Shown: positions 25,057 through 37,865 of the stretch, one piece after another
Layout of the letters: each line of letters opens with the position of its first letter
Position numbering within the stretch: the first letter of the stretch is position 1
From: Paecilomyces variotii
Taxonomy: Eukaryota
Assembly (NCBI GenBank): GCA_004022145.1
Contig: RCNU01000002.1
DNA: 64,000 nucleotides
Reading direction: 5' to 3' (one strand)
Notes under the pieces: generated by a model
What the model was told of the DNA's origin: nothing
The model's input: only the letters and a program-made list of their open reading frames with translations
Databases searched by the model: none
Position numbers and translations under genes: made by a program

Positions 25057-25081
25057 TATTACCATTGGGGACTTTCTGTCT
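25057..25081 (+). repeat. Direct repeat copy 2 (TATTACCATTGGGGACTTTCTGTCT)
   Basis: Matches 23698-23721. Confidence 0.7.
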
Positions 25082-25827
25082 TGAACTACGACCACTACGA
25101 TTAAAGAAGGCACTAAGGATAATCTCCTAATGAATGCATCGAGATCATATCAACGCTTATATGTACCGTATTGAAACCAACTTTACTGCAAGCTGGCTTG
25201 TTATCATTTTTGTTCCGTTCCCTTTTCATACATACCTACGACTAGTTGTAAGCTTTCAAGTACTCGTTAAGAATATCGTGGAAGGCAAGTTCTCTTTTCG
25301 AATACTGTTGGTATCAGTCGGGAGTACAGTCAAGCATGCGGAAGGAAGCTCTCCGCTAGAGATTTAGGTTTCTGGTAGGGTTGGTATCTGACCTAGATAT
25401 AAAAATTACGCTTGTTTCGATGATATTCATTCCATATCCAAGTCGTTCGATGACCTCCTGGAAGTAAGTCCGCGAAGAACCCACTCAGTGAGCGATCCGT
25501 GGGCAAGCAATGCTGAATGCTTAGAAGAGGAAGGAAAGTCGAGTCGAGTTCCCATCGTAAATAATGTATATCCAGATTCGCTCAGGCCGTCCGCATTTTG
25601 AAAGATTATTCCTGTTACGTCGCATGATTCCTGCATACAGAATTAAAAGAAAAAGTACGATACAGTACTGCATAAATTTAGATTTCATCACTCGTCCGTT
25701 CCTTACACAAACACGAATAAACCCGAAACGCCGTATTCGCCCTTTTTGACTCTCTATAGTCCATCCCCTGACTCCCATCTGCATGCTTTGATAGGTATAC
25801 TACGGTCGATTCGACCGCTGAAGTCAT

Positions 25828-26856
25828 TCAGTCACTGCGCAGCATGCTGTCGACCAAGTCGCCCAAGGGGCCCCAGAAGTCCTTTCCGCTGGCCAGGTTG
25901 TGTTCGTTGATGAAGAGGACGTAGTGCTTGAAACTGGTGTTCAAGTGCGGCTCGAGTCCCAAGTGTACCACTACTGGGTAATGGTGACAGTAGATGTGTG
26001 CGTAAACACGGTAGAGCCTCTTGAAGATTTGCCGCAGCAGACTGGGGAATGTCTTGGGGAACGGAACGCCTATATTGCAGCTCGATTAGCACAGAGCCCG
26101 GCATCAGGATTCATCAATGGTCATACCGATTCGGCTTGGGAACATCTGCTCGTTATCAATGTTTCCTTGGACCCAAGTCATAAGATGTTCGATGTATTCC
26201 GGTGCTGACATTTTGGTAGGTCGCTTGTAGTTCTCCGAATCCTGCCAGAGATATTCGAACCTAACATGCATGAGCGGCTTGTTTTCCCCCGTATAGTGGG
26301 AGCTGGGGACAGGGGGGGATCTACTCGTCTGTAGCCTTCATTTCGGGACATGATTGCGGGGAGCAGAACTCAGTGATGGACCCGTATAGAAGGTTTATCT
26401 GGTTGTAGAAGTCGACCACTGTCACAGAATTTCGTCAGTATGCACTTCGACTAGTGACATACAGGCCCGAAGCATATACGTGCCATTAACAGCCAACCAC
26501 TCATTCAGGTCCTCTCCTTCGGGCAGTTTCACGGCCTTGCGCAAGCTACCACTACCGAGCGTCGCTTCTGCAAACTGCCTCAGTTGATAACTACTCGTTC
26601 CCTTAGCCGCAGAGCGCGGCCTGAACGGACCCCTCGTTCGGGCATTGCTAGGCGGTGTTAGCGCATTGAGACCATCCTTGAGAGCCCGCACTGCTGGCGA
26701 GAGATATGACGGAGGCTCAGAGAGGGGTAGACGTGAAGTATTTATGGTGTTGCACGACACCGACTGGCTGAGCGTGCACTGAGGAGGGACAGGTAGGGCA
26801 GGAAGGGATGAAGAACAAGCGGAGGGAACGGACATTGTAGTGATGAATGAAGTCAT
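25828..26856 (-). CDS. MOB1: Mob1 kinase activator (septation initiation network), multi-exon
   Basis: MTSFITT|INARTRG...[66 protein letters not shown]. Confidence 0.95.
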
Positions 26857-27703
26857 GATTAACCGTTTATCAATCCCAGATTTCAAAGTCCAAGGGAGAG
26901 GATCGAAGCGATATCAGCCTTTTTGAATAAACCGTCTTAGGGAGTACGGGGCGTCGTGTGCACTGTCGATGCCTTTCGTAATCCTGCGATGTGCCTGCAT
27001 TCCGGGGACAGCTCCGTCAGTCAAGGTTGTCCCGAGCAGCGGCATTGAATTGCGGACATTGCAATGCTGTGGTAATGGTATGTGAACGTGGAGAGCTTAC
27101 CGCAAGAAAATACAAGGGAGGAGAGGCTGCTGAAAACAGGTGATGAAGAATGAACCAGCGATGTTTGTCGCACTGATGATGTACCTGGATCGGGCGATCG
27201 CGCTTCTCCGCAATACGAGGCTCAGCCTGGGAGATAACCAGATTGCTCTAGCTGATCGCGGGATGGCCAGACGTTGCCCGGGTGACAATCGCGTCACGTG
27301 ATTACAATCCAGGACATAGATCTGATGAAGGAGAATGCCTCACTACTATTGTATATTGTAACTGCCGTCAAAAACATAGGTATAATCATCGAACAAACAG
27401 TTCAGCTAAATAGAGAGTTTTCTTGGAATAGTCACTAAATGACTTCCACTTGCCCGACATAACTCACGTCTCTCTCCAGTGATATAGTACAAGTTCTCCC
27501 ACACATCGCCTCTATCATGTTTTCATTAAAGGATGACTGATTTCAAGGGTATCAACGAGTGCAGATAGGAATATATATGGGGCATACTGCCGATAATGCC
27601 GTGGAACCAGGGGGGACGTTCCACCCACCGCGCGTCAATAGGAAGGGGAAAGAAAAGGGAGGCTATCATTAGCATATCAAGAAGAAGCAGCAATTAACAG
27701 ATA

Positions 27704-30338
27704 TCATATCGAATGCCCTTGATGCTCCTCGGGTAACGGTTCTCTAACCGTTTCGCCGTAAACGGTAAGTGGTATAGCGATCTCAAATGATTCGCAGGAC
27801 AGGTTCTCGAGGGAAGAGAAAACGGCACCTCTGTCATCTTCCCCGATGGTCTCCAATAGCCCAGCACCAGAAGGACCATAATTTCCTAAGTCGTTCTCGC
27901 CGTGGGAACTAGTTGTCACGAATTCAAAGCGCAATTCCCATTCAAGATTCACGCCACTTGTCAATATCGTAGGTGTAGCAGCGACTGGAATCGCGGGACT
28001 GAAGACGACTCTAGTCGAGTAGAGTGTATTCTCGAAACAGGATGCATAGATACGGCGCGTGGCTCGGTTAATGCTTGCACTTGATCGCACAGCCAAAGCG
28101 GGTGCCACCTTTTCGGAAGTTTCCAGGGTTCCCCTCAGCGAATAGCAAGGTAAAGCAGCACCCGTAAAGTCGATGGTAGCAATGACAGTTTCGCCAAGTC
28201 TGTGTGCCGGGCGGTTGAGCACCACAACAGCAATGCGCTTCCCATTCCGTGCGATTTCAAACCGGTTTGTACTGCGATTCGTACTCGTAACCTGATTACT
28301 ACGAAGGATAGCAAAGTCGATAGCATCTTTGCAAGATGGTGGACTCCGTATCACTTCATGACTTGGACGTCTCTCGAGAGTCGGAGTAGTCACGGAAAGG
28401 AAAGAATTTCGACGATTGTTTTGTTCGAGGATCTCGTCAACATAGGACAGGAACTCGGAAGCAGAGTTCCAGGTCGGTCCGCTAATACTCTTGTCTTTCG
28501 TGTGAAATGAAGGGGTGCTGTCTAGCTTCTGTACTCTGGCTTCGTCCTTAAGAAGGACATAGGGAACCATAAGGTCATGACCAAGCACATCTCCTTGAGC
28601 TATGGGGCGTCAGCAATTGCATAGAATGGCAAAGAGAGGAAAAAGGTTTCACTCACAGTTAACCCCACTAAACACTCGGAACGGCATATTTATACGGTTG
28701 ACCTGCTGGGCCTGCTTGGGTCCGCTCGGCCTTTGGGTTCCAATTACCAAATTATAGGATATCTTGATAGCTTTTCCTTTATGACTGGCAGGTAACCCAC
28801 GAGGAAGCGTAAACGAGAAAGAGAAAGATCTTTCTTCACCAGGCACCAGGCGGAGATCCACAAACAAAAGCGACTGTGGCGTAGACAGTAGTGGAATCGA
28901 GTTCGAAGAAGTAACACCTCGCATATCCCGGAGACCATCGAGTTCACCATTTGAGAGCAATCCATTAATAGAATCTTCAATGGCGGACCATCCCAATGCG
29001 CCCCAGAGCCCACTCTTTCGTGACTTATCGGGACCACCAGAGGGCCTGCCGTTACTGCCTTGTGCGCCAACCACACCTTTGCGCTTGACCTCTTCAAAGG
29101 CAGCTTGGTTCACGAGTGAACCGTCGACAGTGAAAGAAGCGCTAATTTGGGCGTACCCCATTAGCAGCGACTGAGTTCCGTTGGTCCTGGCAGGGTGTTC
29201 CGTACTAGAAAAATGCCGCCTGTGTTTCGAGAAAATCGACCGTGCTCGACTCAATGAATACGACGTATATTCCGAACCCATCGTTTCAGACGAGTTATTA
29301 CTCTGCGAGTAGAACTCTCCGCTGCTTCTACTGCCCCCATTCATGGTCGAATCCGATATGATTCGGGTTACAGGAGCCAGACGGCTTTGCGGCAAGCTGG
29401 GCCGGTCATTGTCTGGCTTGCGCAGCTTCGCAGATTTAGGGACCTCGTCGACAGAGGGCACAGATGGAGTTCTGGCAGCGTGACTTACTGTCACATCATT
29501 GTTGGAGGAGGGCGGAGGGGGGAATTTGAAATCCGTAGGTAGAGGATTAGCCCCTCTAGCTGAAGCTGAGTTCCGCATTTGCTCGATCGGAGTCGCTGGA
29601 CTGTTTGTAGCAGAACCCGGACGACTTATTTTAAGCTGGGGATCTCCGTCAACCTTGAGGTTCGCGATCGCAGGAGTCAGGGGGGATTCCGCAGAGGGAA
29701 ATCCTCGGCCATTCCGTCGCCCTGCTTGGTTCAGCATCAAGTATGATATTCGCCTGCGGACTTCGAAGAGACAAACCTGGTGATGAAAAAGACACTTCAT
29801 AGTCATCATTTCTCCTAGGAAGGATCTGAAGACTTGCAGAACGGCCATGACCTTTCGCTGGCCTGGAACGATTCAGTTGTGGCGGCACCGGAGTCTTATC
29901 ATTCCCTCCACCTTCACTGTCTATCGATAGAATGGAAATCGATCTCTTGTGTTTATGATTCGATCCCGGACCTAGGTTAGAAGGACTCTGGGGAGGAAAG
30001 CTATGAGCGGCTCCGAATGGTGAGCCCAACGAGGAAGAGACGCGATGAGACCGATCGAAAGCCTTATTGCGGGGACTGCCAGCGATGGACCGTCGGTTGT
30101 TGTTGTTATTATTGAAGAAGAAACTCTGCGGCGATTTCAACGAGAAATAGCTGTCTGGTTGAGATCCAGCTGTGATGGGGCGAGAGGCCCTTCTCTGATG
30201 CACAGGATGTTGCGGTCCATTGGCATCGGGACTGCTAGTTTCCGCCACGTTCTTGAAGGTGATTATACATTCCACATCCTCGCCCGCGAAGATCGTTTGT
30301 TCCTTCCATTTCACGAAAACTTGGATGTCGGAGGACAT
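27704..30338 (-). CDS. RGP1: Rgp1 (Ric1-Rgp1 Rab6/Ypt6 GEF subunit), 3 exons
   Basis: IFAGEDVECIITFKN N-terminus; LLMGYAQI; IPLLSTPQSLLFVDL; LPASHKGKAIKISYNLVIG; WELRFEFVT; introns near 29776-29722 and 28655-28600. Confidence 0.88.
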
Positions 30339-30866
30339 GGTGAGCGATGCAATGCCACCATATGGGTGAATGACGACAGACGGGACCTGGACAGGTAGTC
30401 TGTGGCGCCGCGGTAAGGAAAGGAGGTCAGGTCAAGCGCCGTTGGATGGAGGTGATGCGACCTTGGCATGCTGTCAAAGGGAGCCACCCATTATCACAGG
30501 AGAATCGGGGGGGGGGAGGGTAGGATTATAGTGCAAAGAAAGGATAGGTGTCTCTATCCATAGTCCGAAGAGACGGTGGTTAGCTAGATTACAGCTGTGA
30601 TCGTGCCTCCGCAAACTGGCCTGGGCCGGGTCGGGGAAATTGGTTGGCGCACGGGGCAAGCTACCCGTGGCCGAAAAGAACAACCGCCGAAGTCCCAATA
30701 CATACAATATACTTTGACGAGTCGGTTGGAATTTACTGCTATAGAAAAAAAAAAGGACACGAAAAGAAGAAAAGAAGAAAAATTGCGATGATTAGGTATG
30801 TCTATATTGAGATATTTACATTCCATCGAATCGTAATCAATGCCGGACGCCTCCCAATGCACGCTT

Positions 30867-31769
30867 TTAGATAGGCTTCTTGCCTTCCTTGCGGTCGTAT
30901 AAACTCGCAACATCCGACAAATTCTCATCAATTGGTTTCTTTGGCCGGAGACCCAGCTCGGCCATTTGACTCCAGATCCTATCATGCCGCCTTTGCCATC
31001 TCCGTCGTCGATCATCCATTTCCCCCTCGGTAGGTCGCCACTTGCTCTTCAAGATCCGTCTGATCGCCTCTGGCGAGATTTTGAACTGTTCCGCTAGAAC
31101 TGGAGTAGTAAACTTGTCCGGGGCTGTAGCGTGGAGATGGCGGATGCCATCAATGGCGTCAGGAGAGAGCTTCTTGGGAGGTGCCCAGCCTTCCTTGAAT
31201 TTGTTCTTCAGAGCTTCCTTGTAAATCTGCCATGGCTCACGCTTTTTCTTCTTTTCCGGGAGCTTATGGTTCTTTTCTCCATTGAGTTCTGTTTTCTGTT
31301 TCGTATTCGACTGCTTCTCCGATTTTGTATGCTTCTTTTTTGCTCTGCCCGATTGTTTCGCCTCTGTAGTCGAAGACGATGTCACAGCGACCGAATCGGG
31401 GACCTCTCCCGTTTCCCGAGATGCTTTAAGAGATTCTAGAGATACGTTCTCGGTATTTGTCAACGTATCGATCTCGTTCTCCTGTCTCTTCACAGCCGCA
31501 GGTCCATCGCTGTGAATAGGGTCGGGATGACGCGAATCTATTTGATTGTCTGCTGACGGCGATATTCGGAGAGAGGAAGAAGACGTTAAATAGCGTCTCG
31601 AGCCCAGTCTAGCGGCCGAGGAGAAATATGACTTTGGCAAGAACGGGTTTTCGCAGGCGTAAAAGACGCTGGGCTGTAGTCGCAGACCGGAGGCGATTTC
31701 GGCACGAAACAAGCCCTGCAAAACCGTCGAAAGAGCCAGCTTTGATGATGCAGAGCAGGAGCGCGACAT
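30867..31769 (-). CDS. RRG9: Mitochondrial Rrg9/neugrin-family protein
   Basis: EPWQIYKEALKNKFKEGWAPPKKLSPDAIDGIR...LAEQFKISPEAIRRILKSKW. Confidence 0.9.
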   Translation of the reverse strand: MSRSCSASSKLALSTVLQGLFRAEIASGLRLQPSVFYACENPFLPKSYFSSAARLGSRRYLTSSSSLRISPSADNQIDSRHPDPIHSDGPAAVKRQENEIDTLTNTENVSLESLKASRETGEVPDSVAVTSSSTTEAKQSGRAKKKHTKSEKQSNTKQKTELNGEKNHKLPEKKKKREPWQIYKEALKNKFKEGWAPPKKLSPDAIDGIRHLHATAPDKFTTPVLAEQFKISPEAIRRILKSKWRPTEGEMDDRRRRWQRRHDRIWSQMAELGLRPKKPIDENLSDVASLYDRKEGKKPI

Positions 31770-33584
31770 TTCGGATGATATCTTGGGAGTAATTTAATAT
31801 TGAGAATCCGTCTGTTTCCTGTAGGTCAGGAAGATGACTTGCGTTATCAATAATAATTTGGGAGCTGTTTCGGAGACGAAAAGACCGGGGGCCGCTTCAC
31901 CGCCTGGATCACGTGGTGTGACTATGGGGTACCTCAGGTGTCTAGTATTTTTCTATGCCTTTACATCACTGTTAAAGAACTTCAGCAGATCCACATCTGA
32001 AATTCTGGAGACGAGGTTATGATATAGAAGTGCGCTGCTATCTAACTGTTTGGAAAGTGCGATCGATTGGTGTTGCAGCTAGTGTGGAATAGTGGAACAG
32101 GGTAAAACAAAACAGGCTCAAGATAAAACAATCATTACCACCAGAGAAATCACTCTTTAAACTGAAGAGCAATGCAGTAACTATGTTGGCTACGAGCTCT
32201 GCAGGCATTCATACAGACGCATCTTTCCGTTGAAAATGTTTACTGCGTGGCTGCCCGTGTCCCAATTGAGGTTGTGGCCGTAGATATATATCCCCAGATG
32301 TGAACGACGATATGTAGTCCACGTCCTTGTTCTTCCTTTTCGAAGACATGGGCCCGGTCGTTCTGCCTGGAGACTATGATAAATATCCGAGTCCCGCGAC
32401 GAAGATCAGCCTTGATTGACACGGGTCTCACAGCGCTCAGGGATATCCACTCATACATATAGCCACGCACTGCCCAGCACTAGAACATCAGTTGTGATCT
32501 TGGCGAATGCATGAACCAAGTCAAGCAGCTGGTTTTCAGGGGGTCGCTTGCTGTCAATATCATTTGCGGCAGCTGCATTATGCAAAACTGTGATCTGACC
32601 ACACTAGACGAGGATGTGTTTCACCAATCCAGGGTCTTCTACACGGGTTCAAGACCAGGGCATCCTGTGGTTCGCAGACACAGGAGAGAAGAATCCGTTC
32701 GCTGGAAGAATGTATTTGACACAGAAACCGCAGAAAGAAGACTACTGTAATACAGTCAGCGGCGTGCCAGACAGTCAGATACCCCGGAAAGACCGGATTC
32801 CTCCTTACAGTTCAAGATGTTCCCAACTTTAGAGTCGATAACTTGAGCTGGAGAAGTTAGAACCCTCCCCACTAGCAAGACTACGGACGGGCCACTTGAT
32901 GATCAGTTAGTTCATCGTCCCGACGAACACACGCCGCAGGACATGCCAGACTGCGTTGCGATATGCAGGACATTGGGGCCGCGGTCAGCCTTGGAGAGCC
33001 GGAATCAACTGTCGGAAGATTATCCTGACCAGCAGATATGAATCCAACTAGACTAGTCTGCCAGATGGAGGGGGGAAGTTCTCCTTTTCTCTCGTGGTGT
33101 GCGGGGAGTTCGTGCCTGGATCGAACTAGTCCCTAATCGGCGCTTGTGCGGCCCAGGAGTTTGGGAATGCTAACAGGAAGCTTCAGCTCCGTGTTTACGG
33201 CTCTGAGGGCGGCTTTCACTTTTCACCACCTCCCACTTCACGACACCCGATTTCTCTTTCTCTTCTCTCTCCCAGTCACTCCTTCACTGCAGTACAAGCT
33301 AGTGGATCTCTCATTTGTACTAGGCTTCTACTGCACATTTCTTACTATTCAATACTCACCGCCATCCGCACCAAAACATTCCGATCACCACCATTAGCTG
33401 TGAGCAGATACCCGCCATCCTGACACTCCATTGATTCCTGTGAAAGCGAACCTCTAGATGGTGAAATTGGAACACTGGGGCACGTTGTTTTCGACCAATG
33501 CAGCTCTATTCTGGAATGCGCATCGGGTCAGCGCGATCGGGGCACATCGACTCTCCAGCCGCCGCTGTCTATGGTTCTTGAGGG

Positions 33585-36500
33585 ATGGCAAATAATTCAT
33601 TGAGTGGGAAGAACAAGGTCACAGGAAAGGGTTCGTCGCTTAGGATTACGCCTTCCAATTCTCCAGTCTTGCGACCGGGGCCACGATCGCCTTACAAGCT
33701 TTCATCAACCATGTCGGCTCTTTCTCTGCAGACGGTCATAGGCACAACCACAACGAACCCCAATGGCTTCTCTAGCCACGAGCCTACAAAATCTTTCGCA
33801 CTGTGTGCGGGATCGGCGACGATCCTCGCTGAGGTCGATTCCGAGGATAATATCAGTCAGCGTTTCTTTCGAGCGCGTCCGACGGCGACACCGATCAACC
33901 CGGTGACGTCTTTCTATAATCAGGAAACGCCTCCAACAACCCCAGAGTCTCGAGCGAGATCTACACCTGCGAGCAAGTTGGGTCTAAATGTAGGCTCATA
34001 CAGAGCTTCTCCCTCGGCGGACGGGAGCGACACGTGGTCGTCGAGAGAGAGAATCAAAGCAGTTACCAGCGTGGACATAAGTCCGAATGGACGTTTCCTT
34101 GCCGTTGGAGAGGTGAGCGACATTCTATGCTGAGACCATGAATCGTACACTGACAGTATAGACCGGTTATAATCCTCGAGTCTTGATCTTCTCCACGGCT
34201 AAGGATTCGCCTCTAGATACCCCTCTCACGGCCATAACCGATCATTCATATGGGATCCGTGGCCTGGCATTCAGCCCTACCTCTCAATACTTAGCCACCC
34301 TGGGCGATGTCAACGATGGCTTCCTCTTTGTATGGGCTGTCAGTCTCAAGAATGGGACTGCTAAACTACACTCCGCTAACAAGTGTACATCTTTTGTGCG
34401 CGCTATGTGTTGGATGGGACAGTGTCTCATTACGTATGTTCACTTGACTTTTGGGCAAATAAGACAGTGGCTAAAATCTCCGACAGGGTGGGTGTAAGAC
34501 ATATCAAGGTGTGGAGGCTACCAGAAACGACTCCATCTTCACCCACGAAATCTCGATTCAACGGAGATTCATACGCCAGTTCTCCTGGGGTGTCCCCGAA
34601 AGCACTGTCTGGACGAAACTGTGTGCTGAGCTCACTGAGTGAGAACACATTTACATGTGCTGCAAGTATCTCTGATACTGAGACAGTGGTGTGTTCAGAC
34701 ACTGGTGCGGTGTGTCTACTCGATGATAGTGAATCGTCCCAGAAACTCTCCCTGGTTAAATACGTCGACTTCAGTATAACTTCCATGGCGGTGGACTTCG
34801 AACAGGGAAGCATATGGCTGGGTGGGCCATATAGAAAGATGGAGAAACTCCTAATCAATGATTTACGACAGTTGGTATCATCCAAACCGCCGTCCCCAAT
34901 TCCCAATGACAGGGAGCAATCCATACAGAAGGGAAAGAGACTCCCCATTGTCGCTATGGGATTCCTCACCAGCCATATCGTGACTGTGGATGCAAGTCGC
35001 GCCATCCACGTCTGTCCTACGGAGGCGTTAAACGGAGAAAAGGACAAAGATTGTGCTGAGACGTCGCTGCCAGCTCATAAAGATGCTGTACTTGGCATTG
35101 GATCACTGAAACAACCAAATACCTACGAATCTGATTTCTTCACCTGGTCTTGCAGTGGGGCTGTGAAGTTCTGGAACGCCCAGGGACGCTGTCAGACCTC
35201 TAAACAGATCGAACTAGATCAGCTTCCGAGCAATGATGACGACGCCCCGAATGAGCTCAAAGTCTTGCGGGCGACGGAAGACATGGAATTTTTTGTGTCG
35301 GGGGATAGATACGGAGTCTTGAGGTACATGCCATAATATCCCTAATGTAATTTAGCATATCCCACTGACGATCCTTCCAGAGTTATTTCGGCAAAGGAGT
35401 GGAAATGCATCTCTGAGGTGCGCGCTCACGGTGCCGAGATTACAGATATTGCAGTGCATACGGATCGCAGTACTCTGATTGCCAGTTCTGGTAGAGATCG
35501 CATGGTGCAACTCTTCAATAGAACACAGGATGGCCTCGAATTGATCCAGACTTTGGATGACCACGTTGGCGCTGTTGGACAGCTGCTTTTTATGAACGAT
35601 GGAGACCGGCTGCTTTCTTGCTCTGCGGACCGCACGGTCATTATCAGGGAGAAAGTGGCTCGGGAATCCAATGGGGCACTACCCTTCGCCTTCATCATGT
35701 CGAAAGTTATCACCTTGAAGGCGTCTCCAGTGTCAATGACTCTAGCGCCGGATGATCCTGATATATTGATTCTGTCCACGATTGACAGGCACATACAGAG
35801 ATTCGAAATCCCTACGGGAAAGCACATTCACTCCTTCCGAGCGTCAGATCCGGAAACCGGTGACACCGTCGTGATGGGATCCTTAGCTGCAGTTGCAGAA
35901 ATCCCGGGGCAGAGCCCAAAGCTACTTCTCGGAGTGTCGACGACGGACAAGTCAATTAGAGTATATGACCTCGAGCGTGGTGTGCTTCTCAATCGTGAGT
36001 TTGGACATACAGAAGGCGTCTCCGGTATTCTACTACTGGAGAGCCAATCGAATAGCTCAAACGCGCCTGTCAGATCATTGATCAGTACTGGTCTTGACGG
36101 TATCGTGATGATTTGGGGTCTCCATGTACAGCAGCAAGAGGCCTGCCAGGGAAGTTCGCGGGAGGAAGAGGAGACTCCTGTCAAAGAATTGACTGCAGCC
36201 AAGCCTCCTCTTCGTCGGATACTCTCCAAAGGCGAGCTTGCTGGACTCCAGAAGTTCGATAGCCCAACTGGTAGCCCTACGCCTGTGCGTGACCAGTCTC
36301 CACCAGCTATTCCAAGGAGGCCCTCTAGGTATTCATTGGCACCCCCAAGTCAAAGATGTGGACACAAAGTCTCGACGCCACCATCATCCGCGTCTTCCAG
36401 TCGTCGCTCTCCCACATCTTCGGTTCACCTGGGAATCAACCGAAGATCTCCCTCTCCACCAAGCCCACGAGTCAGAACAATGAATGTACATCATAGGAGC

Positions 36501-36905
36501 GTCCACGATCTCCGTCGCTCCTCCATGGACCTTCGAGCTCGCACGAAGAGCTCCGAGTTTGGGAGCCTAAATTCGTCTACGGAGCAGGTTTGCCGCACAT
36601 TGCGTGCTTATCGGAAGAAACTCCACGGATCCTCGACCCATCTCCGTGCAGCACGAGAGCTGCAGCAGGAACTTGATCTTACTCTTCGAGCACTGGGTGA
36701 GCGGATCAAGAGGGAGGATAGCAATGAAGACACAGAGACGGAGAGCAGTGGGAAGGAGAACGACCAGAAATCCAGTCGTGCTCCACACCGTGCCCACAGT
36801 CCCCTCACTACTGCACGGAGAGTGCCGTCTACCCCCAGTCTGCGACACAGCAGGTCTAGAGAACTCTCCAGGGCCCAGTCTCTAGAAACAGATGGCGAGG
36901 GGTAG
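33585..36905 (+). CDS. WD40-repeat protein (WDR62/MAPKBP1-like), 4 exons
   Basis: Repeated WD-type blades (AHGAEITD, ASSGRDRMV, DDHVGAV, SCSADRT, GHTEGVS, DGIVMIW); GE|TGYNPRV splice; Ser/Pro-rich tail with C-terminal helix. Confidence 0.85.
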
Positions 36906-37865
36906 ATCGTTTTGTTTGTTTGTTTGGCTTTTTTCTTTTTCTTTTTTCTACGAAGAAATTTGTTTTTATTGGGTTAATTTTCGATGGAAGACAAGTTACA
37001 TGTCCTCACGGCTTTCAGGTTTCGGGTTTAGCGTACTCTTGAAGCTTTGCGAGTCCCTTTGCATCCTGTTATTTTTTTTTTTTTATATCACAACCATGTT
37101 GCGGGGAGGAATATTCGTTGGCGATCTTGTTTTCCACTTAGAATGCTTTGGGTTGGTCAGGGTCTGAACATATATGGCCACATTTATCGGTTCTAGAAGC
37201 CATCAGGCCGACCAGCTTGACATTCGATGGGATCTTCCGGTTCTTTATTTTCTTTATTTTCGATCTTTAACTTCCGGTGTGTTCCTGAGCTTGCCCTGTT
37301 TAACCCCACTGCCTCTCGTTACAGGTCTCTCTCTTTCCTCGTGTCTTTCGCTTATCTGGTCTTTTAGTTATATTTTCCTTTCATTTTGCGATGCCTCTTG
37401 CCTTCTGACTGGACGCATAACTTTATTAGAAGATACCCGCATTTCTTACTATGCTGAGAGGAAGTGCCGTGATAATATCCGATCTTGAGAATACTGAAAA
37501 TCATTTCTATAACGAACTGAGTACTTATAGCGTCTGATTCAAATTACGCTAAAACGATATCCGTTCGTTCCATGTCCGATCCGCCATTTCTGTATGAGGC
37601 ATTCGTTGCAACCAGAGCTTAGTAGCCTTGAGTAGCCAATCGAAAGCCTTTTATTTCTAGAATGTATTAGCGATAATGAGAATTCCGGTGCTTTATTCTG
37701 ATTATCAAATGTACTGTATGTTAACTATGGAGTAAATTACTGTACATTACCTTCTTGCTAACTAGGTAACCACTATTATTGAGTGACAAGACTTGACAAA
37801 ACGCACGAAGGACCAGCCATATGACCATTTTCAGTACCAACTATCCATGCTTTCTGTTGATTTCC

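Noticed and set aside
18900..25400. Island as a Starship or classical transposon
   Set aside because: No tyrosine recombinase captain, transposase, reverse transcriptase or terminal inverted repeats seen
32000..33100. Short ORFs between RRG9 and the WD40 gene
   Set aside because: No motifs or consistent splice pattern; cannot support a gene call
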